Source: Collodictyon triciliatum (lineage: Eukaryota). Taken from it: a DNA stretch of 42,149 bases. Made by a program: the position numbers and the translations under genes. The stretch is taken from positions 1 to 42,149 of the forward strand of contig JBHJMP010001093.1 of the NCBI GenBank assembly GCA_043381765.1, in the 5' to 3' direction. Shown in pieces: positions 1 to 14,571 of the stretch; within the stretch, counting starts at the first letter, position 1, and each line of letters begins with the position of its first letter. The notes under the pieces are model-generated. The model ran no database searches, was not told where the DNA came from, and worked only from the letters and a program-made list of their open reading frames with translations.

Positions 1-190
<190 letters not shown>

Positions 191-317
191 GTTTTATTAC
201 AATTCTAAATAATAGCTCATTTACAAGCTATCGATAATATAATTGTAATGATCTTCTGAAGCCTGAATTGGAACCATGTTCTAATCCACTTAAAATACTT
301 TTCCTGTGGCTCCAAAG

Positions 318-3313
318 TCGTACAACTTTAATAATGGTCAATTACTTCGGGAGCTCAATAAACATTCGTCCGATGTGCAGTATCTGCTTTATATACCTGA
401 TATGAAAAGTATGTTTTGTACCACAAACATATCATAAACCAACATATATTATCAAACACAGGCATTTATGACTCATCTTTCAACCCTTTTAATAAAAAAA
501 AAAAAATGAGAATTTATTTCATGGTAAATCATGTGCCTAGTTTATTATCAGCTTTCCTCTCTTATCCTTTGGTTACATGAATTTTTATTTGTAACATATT
601 CCTGGGTTCACTGATACATGGAATTTCCGTCACTCATAAGCTTTCTATATGTTATTCGCAATGAAATAATCAAAATATTAATAAAAAAATCAATCTAACT
701 TGAATGACAACAAAATTTTATAGCTATCCTTTCTGCATCCATGGAAAAACCATCTATAATAAAAATTCAGGCTGATGTGGATGAAAATCGATCCTCGTCA
801 ATCAAAACGCTACTAGGGTATTTTTTTTTATGATATAATTCACTTTGTGTACTGTTGATGATATCCATTCCTTAAACTTTTTACATCGAATAGAATTTGT
901 ATGAAAAGTTAAAAATTTGATATATTCCTCCTCTCAAATATCATTTTACATCTTCAGTCAGGATGGGCCCCTGATTAGTATATCATTCTCGCTATCATAT
1001 TATTTGCTCGCAACTGCATCTTCAGACCGAAAAATCTATGTGTGGGACCTCCAAAAGGGTACAAATGAAGGAATCATCACCGTAGACACGGTAAATCTTT
1101 TCAAAATGACTTAAATACAGAAAATATTTATTCATGAGCCTCTATTATTATTTTCTAGGTTCAATTTATATCGTATCAGTTAAAACCTATCGAATGCCCA
1201 TTTCGATATTTTTTCTATTCATTTTTTTCTTTTGCGTTGCATATCGATTTTTTCACATGTGATTGCAATAGGAACTTACAGCAGTAGAATATATGAAAAC
1301 ATCCCCAATGTTGATTTGCGCGGACAGTCGTGTTAGTTTTAACCAAACCGAAAAAAAAAAATATGTAATGGTTTGATGTTGAATTGTTTTGTTCTGTTTT
1401 TTGAAAAGAAAAAAAACTGTAGGGATACATATCCATGTATACAACTTTTCCATCTTCTATGAAAAACACACCATTGTTGAGATTCCAAAACTACCAAGAA
1501 AATCCATTTCCAATAGTAAAAATATTGTACCACGAACCCTCCCATAAACTATATACAGGTATGAAAACAAATATACCATATAGTATTTAAATATACGAGT
1601 ATATTTGCAGAAATCAATTAAGCGTTGAATAATATCTTGGATAGTTGATGAGGTTAGCAACTTACGAGTGTGGTCTCTCCCTTTCATGGAGATGGGAAAG
1701 CAAATGGTTATAGCTGAAACATCAATCACACATCCTTTTTCACACACTCTCATGCCACCACCAGAAGTCATGGTTTCATTCAACCTCCATCCGAATTACT
1801 TAACTTTTAAAACATTCATTTTATCTTATTTGTTCATACCAAAAAAAAATCGGAAAATGTTATCGTTGAGTATATATTAGAGATATTAAAGTATGTACAT
1901 TCAAGTATTTCAGTGGATTGAATTTTTTGTCGACTATTTCTATTTAAGAAAAAAAAAACTAATTCCATATCAAAAATCTACATGCATGCTAGACTCCATC
2001 ATTACAAATATCTTCTGCTCGAAGGTGGCAAGAATTATTCCATAGGCTTCAAACAACAAGAGCTGGTACATATAATCATAATAAGAATTAGATATTAATA
2101 TACATCCTAGATTACGTATTTACTGCTAATTAACGCATCGATCTACATCAGAGTTTCTATTGCGCCAAATCAGTTTGTTGAATTTGTGGTCTGTCTCAAA
2201 TGAAGCAACTCTATCGTATGTACTATACTAATCAGCCTCATATGTCCATTCCGAATGTAATCTAATCTACTTTATCTGTTTAATATTGATGCCATATCAC
2301 ATATCAAAGAAGTAAAAGCAGAAAAATAAAAGATAATCAAAGTAGTAAAATTGTGTTTCCACGTAAAGGATAACGCACATCGAAGACCCGTCATCTATAA
2401 TATCCCTTTCCTTTGGTGGTGACATTGAAATATTTTCGACTGAAGGAAAGTCTTTAGGAAAGTTATTAGAATCCACCGAAGAGGTAGATGTGCCATGGCT
2501 TTTTGTTGTTGGTCACTCTCGCAGGGTGGAATATCAAGAGCGAACTTCAAAAGTTTGGATATTCTCTTTAACATACATATAAATCAATATTAATAAATGC
2601 AAAGTAGTGACAAAAATGTTATTTATATAAATGTAACATATGGAAAATATAAAAGAGCATTGTGATATGAAAATGAGCTTTTATCTTTTCATTTGTCACC
2701 TTGTATTCACCTATGTTCTGCTTTGAAGTTTTTGTAATCAATTATACGAAATATCAATATTCAAATAAACCGGATGTAGTTTGCCAAATCTGTTCGTGAT
2801 GACATACAGAAGAGAGATGTTCGATTCGATATTCCCTCAGCGGTGAGATTTTCAATTTCCAATTGAACAATAGTGTACTTTTTCTTCTATAGAGATATAA
2901 CTAATATAGTCTCAGATTGAAAAAAAAATCACAAGTTTTCTAAACATAACTACGTGTAGCCCCTTAAGACTCCATTTTTGACGATGGGGCGTAAGTAGTC
3001 TTATCTTATTATTCGATGATGTATAACATGATGTCATTGATAATTGAAAAGATGTAAAAAAAAAAAAAGCACTAGCCTTTTGGGTATTATTTCATTTGTT
3101 TTTATTTGTTACCATCGTGACATAAAAAAAAAAATACACCAACACGCCTAGTTTCTACTAAATTTCGCAAGTCGAGTAAGGCATTCATGAGACGAAAAAG
3201 TGATGGACTGTTTCTCCCAATTGAAGACTGTGAGGAAGAGGGCGACTACCAAGAATCAAAAGAAAATTAAGCCTCTTCCCTTGCAATCCTTTATATACCA
3301 ACTAACAATGTAG
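318..3313 (+). CDS. Multi-exon WD40-repeat protein, 5'-partial; tentatively WDR49/CFAP337-like
   Basis: GT-AG exons ~318-408 (YNFNNGQLLRELNKHSSDVQYLLYIPDMK), 724-817 (ILSASMEK...TLLG) and ~958-1091 (QDGPLISISFSLSYYLLATASSDRKIYVWDL) join in frame to give WD40 blades. Later exons (e.g. ~2445-2551 GKSLGKLLES...PWLF) and the 3' end are uncertain. Confidence 0.55.
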
Positions 3314-4347
3314 TATTTACTTCCCTACATCATCTGTCCAAAGTAAAATGCGTGTATATAAAATATTGTAATGCACGAAAGATAAAGCTAATTGCTGTTA
3401 CAAATCCACGAAATTGGAATCGTTCAGTTCTTTCTATTTGCCTAGGCATGTGTTTAATGTTGTTTTTCCCCCTTTATTCGATTCAAAGAGGCACGCGTTT
3501 CGTGTTGCTTTATTGAGTGTATGTTAATGCCATATCAACAATTATTAATTCTCAGGCACCGAGATTGCAAGATAGCATTTTGAGTGGAATCAAGAGTAGT
3601 TTGTGAATTTGAAAAACATGACCTCCAGACGCCAATTCCTTCATATCATACATAGAGGAAAATGGATTATCAGGCTTACTTTAGGAAACGGTATAAATTA
3701 TTGCCTATCTGAGTGCATGTACCATTTTCACAAGGATGGGTGAAGGTTTAGGGGGCCTGTATTATTTCATCTACTGAAGTTTTTATTTTCGGTTGTTATT
3801 TTACTTTTTGAGCAAAACAAAGAAAGTTAACCAATCATTCTCTTCACAATTTGAAAACCAAAACGAACGCGACGCGTGGGTGAAAAATCTAACGTTTGTA
3901 GTTCGTGGAGAGGGACTATGATTCATGTATATTATCTTCTCGAAGCCATCGCACTTCCTCAAAGCCAGCGAGAAAAGTGTATAATTCATGATACCCACCA
4001 AAGCCCTCCCGACTTGCCATTCGAATCCCACCGTTTTCCTTAACCTTCCATCCAAAAAAAAATAATCTTCGGAACATAAACCATGAGAAACCGACAAAAT
4101 GGGAAATGTTCTGCGTCCCGCAGTTCAGAAAAGGTTGTATGCAGATGGAGTGAGCCGCGTAGCCCAGGAACGCAACCCTGACCCAAACCATCTGTTCTTG
4201 AGTTGTTCCAGATTTTAAATTCCGCAAATAGACAGCACACACGAACCCCTTTGATTCCGCCATACCTCGGCTGCATTCTGAGAACGCACAGATTAAAAAA
4301 AAAAAGGGGGGCAGAACCACCCAAGACAAGCACAATCGGTCAGCTTG

Positions 4348-4355
4348 TATATAAG
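4348..4355 (+). promoter_or_regulatory. Candidate TATA box of the eIF4A-like gene
   Basis: TATATAAG about 65 nt upstream of ATG 4417; position only. Confidence 0.25.
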
Positions 4356-4416
4356 CACCTTATGAGTCTTTTGTTGCCCTGTTCCACTTCCTCCAAGCAA
4401 ACCACCAACCATCCAT

Positions 4417-5712
4417 ATGAACACCAAAGCGAACAAACAAACAACCACTACCAAAGCGAACACACAAGAACCGACCGGAATGAACACACAGCAGACCGAA
4501 ACGAACGACCTGACTACGTATACACCTCTGGAAATATCCCAACAAAGTGCCAGGGACGACATATCAACGGCACCAGACGAATATGATGGATTCAGAAGAT
4601 TTGAAGATATGCCCCTAAAGAAAGAGTTACTGAGAGGAATACTTGCGCACGGATTTGAAGAGCCCTCTGAGATTCAACGCAAAACCTTGAAGGAGACCCT
4701 CGCAGGAAAAGAATGCATTATACAGGCGCAATCAGGGCAGGGCAAAACTGGCGCTTTTGCAATCACAACCCTCCAACAAATCAGCGAAGATATCCGATTC
4801 CCCCAAGCGATTATACTCTCTCCGACCCAGGAGCTTTCAGAACAGACATGTCGCATCATTACATCTATAGGCCGCTTCATGGAAGTAAGGATTAGGCTAT
4901 GTGTCGGAGGACCTCCGCTGAGAGAAGATTGCAATATAATCAGGGCAGGGGTGCATATTTTATGTGGGACATCAGGAAGAATTCTGGATTTAATGAGCAA
5001 AGGTGTTTTCCCTTCAGACAGTATCAAAATCATGGTGCTTGACGAAGTAGACCAGCTGCTGCTTCCTGATTACGTTGAAACAACTAAATCAATCATTCAG
5101 CGTATCTCAAGCTCCACGCAAATACTTCTTGTCTCTGCAACTCTCCCACCCCGCGAACTCCAAATCAGTAGATCGATTCTGCCGAACCCAACTCGCATCA
5201 TCCTGCCGGGCTCGAATATGCTGTTGAGCGGCATCCGCCAGTATAAAATCCGAGTGGGCAGCAATGAGTGCAAGCTGGACACCCTGTGCGACATATTCAC
5301 ATCTTTGGAGAAGCATCAGACCATCATCTTCTGCTCAAGGACAGCAACAGTTTCAGAAGTGACGGAGCGTTTGAAGAGAAGCAACTTCAGCGCACAGGGC
5401 CTGGATGGAAGCCTCGCCAAAGAGGAGCGAATCAGGGTTTTAGAATCTTTCTGGTATGGGAAGATTGCGACGGTTGTATGCACCGATGTACTAGCACGAG
5501 GAATCGACATCCAACAACTCTATTGCGTCGTCAACTTTGACGTGCCGTGGAAACCCACCGATTATCTGCACAGAATAGGTCGATGTGGACGATTCGGCCG
5601 GAAGGGCATCGCAGTCACGCTCTACACAGAAGCAGAGGCGAAAATGATGGACACCATCGACAGACGCTTCCAGCACGATATCTCCGAGCTCCATCCAGGC
5701 GACCTGACATAG
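4417..5712 (+). CDS. Intronless eIF4A-family DEAD-box RNA helicase, divergent (431 aa)
   Basis: Q motif FEDMPL...GFEEPSEIQ, AQSGQGKT, PTQELS, TSGR, DEVD, SAT, TDVLARGID, YLHRIGRCGRFGRKG; the C-terminal motif context is eIF4A-like. Confidence 0.9.
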   Translation: MNTKANKQTTTTKANTQEPTGMNTQQTETNDLTTYTPLEISQQSARDDISTAPDEYDGFRRFEDMPLKKELLRGILAHGFEEPSEIQRKTLKETLAGKECIIQAQSGQGKTGAFAITTLQQISEDIRFPQAIILSPTQELSEQTCRIITSIGRFMEVRIRLCVGGPPLREDCNIIRAGVHILCGTSGRILDLMSKGVFPSDSIKIMVLDEVDQLLLPDYVETTKSIIQRISSSTQILLVSATLPPRELQISRSILPNPTRIILPGSNMLLSGIRQYKIRVGSNECKLDTLCDIFTSLEKHQTIIFCSRTATVSEVTERLKRSNFSAQGLDGSLAKEERIRVLESFWYGKIATVVCTDVLARGIDIQQLYCVVNFDVPWKPTDYLHRIGRCGRFGRKGIAVTLYTEAEAKMMDTIDRRFQHDISELHPGDLT

Positions 5713-6200
5713 TCTTTTTCTCTTCCCACTCTCTGCTGCCCTTTCTTCTCTTCGTGAGAGTCCCTGTCATTCCTCGCAAAAGCGGGCAGGCGCTGACTCG
5801 TTCGCTGTACTTGTAAATACAATCCGACCTGACGAGAACTATACAATAAAAATAAAAATAAAAATAAATGGGTACCAAGAACAGAAGAAAAAGATTTATT
5901 CTGGTCTGACGATGGCATATGCGATTGCGACCGCGGAGGGGGGTTTTTTTTTTAATGGTTGCAGGGGCAGAGGCGTCCCTCGCCTTGAGGAAAAAGTCGT
6001 GGCAGGCAAGGAGCAGGCTCTCAAAGGGGTTCTACAGGAAAGCAAAAGAGGAACGGAGGATGGTGTGAAGGAGGGAGGGAGGCAGGCAGGAGAGTCCGGC
6101 AGAAGGCACGGACGCGTGTGACTTCAAAGCGAGCGACAGGGCGACGACAGCGGCCACGCAGCAAAGACGGCCGACCAATCCACCCGGCTGGTGCGCCCAT

Positions 6201-8133
6201 TTAGACGGTGATGACCTTCATGATGTTGGTTGCGCCGGGGACGCCCTCGACGCTGCCGGACGTGACAACAACCTGGTCGCCGGCGTGGCAGAGCCCGAGC
6301 TCCGTGGCCTTCTCGATGACGCGCTGGAAGACAGCATCCGAGTTTGCGATGGAGTGGGTCAGGTACGGGTAGCAGGCGCGGTGGACGAGCAGGCGGCGCG
6401 CAACCTCCTCGGAGCGGGTCACGCACAGGACGGGGCAGTGCGGTCTGAAGCGCGAGACAAGGCGGCCGCTTGCGCCCGTGTCGGTGACAACAATCAGCAG
6501 CTGATGGCAAGGGGAGGAGAAGGACTGCGGTCAGTGCCTGCCCGGCGCGCAAGGGTGCTGCTTGAAGAGCCATCATGGTGTATGCGTATGCGTATGCGTA
6601 TGCATGAGGAGACTGCAAACCTTGGCGTTGATGTCCCACGACGTCTTGACGGCCGAGGAGGCGATCGACTCGGCAATGCCGATGGGTGGCACGACGTTGG
6701 CGCGCAGCTTCTGGTACAGCTCGCGGTAGTCAATGTGGCTCTCGGCCTCGCGGCAGATGTTGGCCATGGTGCGGATGGCCTCGCAGGGGTAGTCGCCTGG
6801 AGGGGGGGGGGGGGGGGTTGGGTGTTAAGAGGGGCGTGGGAAGGACAAGACGGACGAGAGGATGGACAACGTACCCTTGGCTGTCTCGCCCGAGAGCATG
6901 ACGCAGTCGGTTCCATCAAAGACGGCATTGGCCACATCGGTGGCCTCAGCGCGGGTTGGGCGGGGGTTCTTGATCATGGACTCGAGCATCTGTGTGGCCG
7001 TGATGACAGGCTTGCCGACCTTGTTGCACTTGCTGATCATCATCTTCTGGACGTTGCAGATCTTGTGGATGGGGATCTCGACACCCAGGTCGCCGCGGGC
7101 AACCATGATGCCGTCAGAGACCTCGAGGATCTCGTCGAAGTTGTCGAGTCCTTCCTGGCTCTCGATCTTTGCGATGATCTTGATGTTCTTCTCGCGGACG
7201 CCAGGGAGGTTGCGGATGGTCTCGATGTCGGAGGCCTTGCGGATGAAGGAGCAGGCAATCATGTCGACGTCGCTCTCCACGCCAAACTGGATGTCCGCAA
7301 TGTCCTTCTCGGTCACGGCGGGCAGGTCGATGGGGCAGCCGGGCAGGTTCACGCCTTTGGTCTCGCCAAGCAGGCCAGCGTTGTTGACGCGGCAGACGAC
7401 CTTCTCGCCGTCGATATGGACCACGTTGAAGCTGATGAGTCCGTCGTCAACAAGGATGTTGTCGCCCGGGCGCACGGTCTTTGAGAGCGACTTGTAGGTG
7501 GTGGAGACCTGTGCAAGATGGATGCATGATAGAGTGAGCAGCTGGTGGAGAAGATTGTCTGCACAATACATATACATATATTGAGTGAGAGAAATAAGTA
7601 TATATCTATGTGTATGTCTATGTATATGTCTATATCTATGACTATGTATATATCTATATCTATGACTATATCTATGGTTATATCTATGGCTATATCTATG
7701 ACTATGTCTATATGCTCTGCTGTTTGAGAACATGCAAGGAGGCAGAAACCTGAGTGCTATCCCCAAGGACGCTCTCGTCGTTGTGGAAGGTAAAGATCTG
7801 GCCCACTTCCAGCTTGACGTCCTTGTGGTCCACAAGCTTGCCCGAGCGGATTTCGGGGCCCTTTGTGTCGAGCATGATGCCGATGGTCTTGTTTGCGCTG
7901 GCTGCGTAGTTGCGGATGTTCTGGACGACGCTGCCGTGGTATTTGTAGTCGCCGTGCGAGAAGTTGAGGCGGGCAATGCTCATGCCGGCTTCGACCATCT
8001 TGCCGATGAACTCCTCGGTCGAGGTCTTTGGCCCGATTGTGCAGACGATCTTGGTCTTGACCTTGCTGAGGGTGTCGTCGGTCGGGAACGGATCGCCGAT
8101 GAAGGACTGCGTGCGGGGCGGGAGGAAGGCCAT
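6201..8133 (-). CDS. PYK: Pyruvate kinase, 4 exons (8133-7750, 7508-6875, 6796-6621, 6500-6201; 497 aa)
   Basis: [82 protein letters not shown]; all three introns are GT-AG and restore frame. Confidence 0.97.
7585..7712. repeat. Degenerate (TATATCTATG-like) repeat in pyruvate kinase intron 1
   Basis: Repeated TATATC/TATGTC/TATGAC hexamers. Confidence 0.85.
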
Positions 8134-8770
8134 TGGACGGGACGGGACGGGATTGGACTGGACTGGTTGTTTCTAGAGTGTAGATGTGGTTCAGATCGGC
8201 TGCGAGGTTGGGGGACAAGTCGAGGCAGCCTTTTTCTAGCGTGGTCTACAGGGAGAAGTGTGCGTGGGAAGAGTCGCCGTCTGCGGCTTTGGGCGGCTGT
8301 CCTTGTCTCCTGTAGAATGTTCTGTGGGATTCCCACCCACACCCTATAGGCCTGGGCTGTGGTGTAACCATTTATTGTGACTACATTAAAGAGCGAAATT
8401 CCTGCCGTTCAATATATAAGGAGGCTGCCCATATATAATGGTCGCAGGAGACAAGCACCACGCCGGTTCGGTTTGTGGTGAGACACAGTCCAAACAGTCT
8501 GTGAAAGGTGAAAGGAATGTATTTCGCCACAAGCCATACAATCAATTCTGGAGTTGATGATAAAATCGATTAAAGGTGTAATGACCGTTAGGAAAATTGA
8601 ATATATACATAATTATTACAATAGTAATCATACATACCTAGATTTATTGTGAGCTGTAGGATTGGAGGGCTTACAGCGTTGCGCTTCCCAAAAACATGGG
8701 AACTTAACACCTCCTTTAATTATAAATCAGTGTTTAAAAACTTTATTTGATATTTTTTATACGTAAGCTA

Positions 8771-8841
8771 GCATTGTTGGTGTAGTGGCAGCATGATAGC
8801 CTTCCAAGCTGTCGACCCGGGTTCGATTCCCGGACAATGCA
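8771..8841 (+). tRNA. tRNA-Gly: tRNA-Gly (anticodon TCC), no intron
   Basis: Acceptor stem GCATTGT/ACAATGC, anticodon arm ATAGC-CTTCCAA-GCTGT, T arm CCGGG-TTCGATT-CCCGG, followed by a T5 Pol III terminator at ~8846. Confidence 0.96.
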
Positions 8842-8934
8842 TCCATTTTTAAATTCATTTTTCCCTTTTACTTTTTATTTTTTTTATTTTCCCTTCTTTT
8901 ACTTTTTATTTTTTTATTCTTACGTCTGCTTTGA

Positions 8935-11837
<2,903 letters not shown>

Positions 11838-12030
11838 AAAAAAGGTGTAATTTTCATCTCGGTCTATTGAAAAATATGAATAAATTAATATAGTCATCCT
11901 GAAACACAGAAATGCGAAGTACAATTATAATTTATTCGATTCTATTATGGCATAAATAAATGGACTACTAGCACAACCAGTAAAAAGGAATTTTTTTTAA
12001 AAAAATTACAGTGCCGCTAACTTTGTGTGT

Positions 12031-14010
12031 TCATTTATTTTTCTTTTTGGAACCATCAGCCACACACCGAAATCCCACATTCGAGGCAGAACTATCTGCC
12101 TCGTTCGACATTCTTGCGGATATTCGATACCTATAGCAATACGACCGGTGACACAAAAATGACCCTCCTTTCATGACCTGTTAATTTGCGAAGATAACCC
12201 ACACTCATCATTTATGTCTTCTAGTTTTCTTAGCAAATAAAGCAAATATATTTTAAATATTGGACAATGCAATTTCATATGTCAGCTTATAATCTCATTC
12301 CAACCCGCATTGAATTTCTTCGGTCATGAAAACTATCCACCCATTCCCATACATTTCCACACATGTTGTATAGCCCATATCTATTGTTGTCATTACTAAT
12401 GAATGCTTTTTTTTTTTTTAAAAAAAATATAATGAATTATGGATCAGAGTATGTGAATAAATATGTACGAGTTGAAAGGCGCACAGGCAAAGTCGATTTT
12501 GCAGCTATTACCTGTTTGCTTGAAAAAATTTCGCTGGAGCGGTGAAAATAAATCCATCCTCACCTGTATTATTATTTGGGAACTCGCCCTGCCACACATT
12601 CATTCTGTGGGTGTTATTGGGCGTGAGCAAGTTGCCCCACGGAAACAGTCTTTTGTGTAGCCCTGAATACGAGTTTTGTTAAATAAAAGGATTAACTTCG
12701 GTTACCTGTGCTATGAGTACTTTTGGATGTTTACGCCTTTGATTTCAGTGGTTGTTGTTTGGTTGGGTGGATTCAACAATTCGTTAGCCATTTTATCTTC
12801 CAGGAAATTATTTACCACCGCTGGCTGCATATTCCCACTCAAACTCAGAAGGCAATCGATATCCGAAATGCTTACAAAAAGCATTTGCATCGTTCCACGA
12901 AACGTGAGTCACTGGATGGGTTGCGTGGGTGCTGCTGAACGACGAACCCTCTCCACCTTCGGGATGTGAGAAGTTTGCACCACTTATCTATGCACCAGCT
13001 CCCCACCATAAGGAGAATGTAGTTATTTTCTTATGACATTTTCTACCGCGACATAATTAAGTGACAACATAGAGACAGGTGCAGGCAATGACCAAAGAAA
13101 AGTATTTTTACTTGCTAATTCGCCACAGGGAACGAAAAGAAGAAAAGAAAAGAAAGGGTATCATACCTTATACCACCACGGTGATTGCGCCACGACCTAT
13201 ATCCGATTGAAATAATGATAGTATATTCAACGGGAACAGCGGATTTGTTGCGAATGCAATTTCTCGATATTGGACTCTACCTGCTTATTCTTCCGCCGGA
13301 TAGTGTTGGGTAGAAGTGAGTGAAAAACAAAAGACCACCCAAACCGCTCAGCATCGGTTATATATCCAGTATCTTTCACAAAAGCGTGAAACTATAATGG
13401 CAGTAATGTTCATAGCAGTTAGAATTGAACCAGATGTGGTTTCTGTGGGAACACAGCGGTTATGTACACTAAATCTGATGGATTAGATTCAGAAGAAAAG
13501 AAAACACCTGCTCCAGTGTCACCTCGGTTTCTTGTATGTAGAAATCATTCACGTAAATGCTCCCACTCGTATATTCAAGGTCTGATTGGTATGGCGGACT
13601 TATGATTGAGCCCAAAGCATATTCACCTGCGGGTATATACACCATGCGGTTTTTCTGAACAACTTCACCACGACCGGAAAGCTTTTCTGGGACAAACTCC
13701 GAGACTCCATTGTCCGTACTCGTAGAATTTCTGTAAACACTGCGCTTCAAAGCACAACTACAGTCCGCAATGGACAGACTCGCCAACAACACAGGCGCCA
13801 ATACAAACAGAACACAAAAAACCCCAGCCGTCCGTCTCATACCTAAGAGTACAAATCGATTACATCGCACCGAGTGGTATCTACAAGCCCGCTCAACAAC
13901 AGAAAAAAGAGGAAAAAAAAAAGAAAAAAAAAGAACAGTTCCATAGCAAACTCACGTAGGATTGCACGATTCCTTTGCCGAACCATGGACACTTCCTGCA
14001 AGCTTGCCAT
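12031..14010 (-). CDS. SUMF1: Formylglycine-generating enzyme (sulfatase-modifying factor 1), ~7 exons; alternative start ATG at 13840
   Basis: Spliced protein contains [84 protein letters not shown] (both catalytic Cys) and SNVGFRCV; hydrophobic N-terminal segment. Confidence 0.93.
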
Positions 14011-14571
14011 ATGAATCGTCCTCTCAAATACATCCTCATATGCTCGCCTTGGCCATCTTAAACCCTCCTTCTCGCCCACACCCTCCAATACAAACCCAGC
14101 CATTCCCACCACAAAGTATGCAACAAAAATAGGAGCAGAAGAAAAGCGCAGCCGTTATTTTATTAAAAACTTCAAAAGACAAAACTCAGATGAGAACGAC
14201 AAAGGCAAAAAAAAAAAAGCACGAGCGCACTGAAAGAGCTTTCTTATTCCCACCTTCCTTGATTTCAGTTATTCCACAATACAGAAGAAAAAAGAAAAGA
14301 AAAGAAAAGAAAAAGGGGAATAAGTCACACCGATCACTTCCCCTTTCCTTGGAAAAAAACCAGACTATTTCTTTCGCTAAGTCCGACCCCACCCGCCTGC
14401 TTCCATGTTCCGCTGCCAAAATCACTTCCTCATTAGCCACTCACGCACAAAGGTTTGTCTGCAGAACGATCCACACCAACGCCGTCGCCTTACAGGATAA
14501 TCGAGCCTGTCCTGCGGCCACTGCACAACCCTGCTTCGAAACACAAACACAGTCAGAAACCCAGGCAACTC

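Noticed and set aside
3493-3877. Two ACGCGT (MCB-like) motifs upstream of the eIF4A-like gene
   Set aside because: Short motif that also occurs elsewhere (e.g. ~6112); not distinguishable from chance
4362-4586. Out-of-frame upstream ORF overlapping the eIF4A-like start
   Set aside because: Its ATG lies only a few nt after the candidate TATA box, so it is probably not in the transcript; no supporting evidence
6285-8349. Long antisense and alternate-frame ORFs over pyruvate kinase (399, 383, 211, 205 aa)
   Set aside because: Expected by-product of extreme GC3 codon bias. The 383-aa ORF is exon 2 plus intron read-through from another frame.
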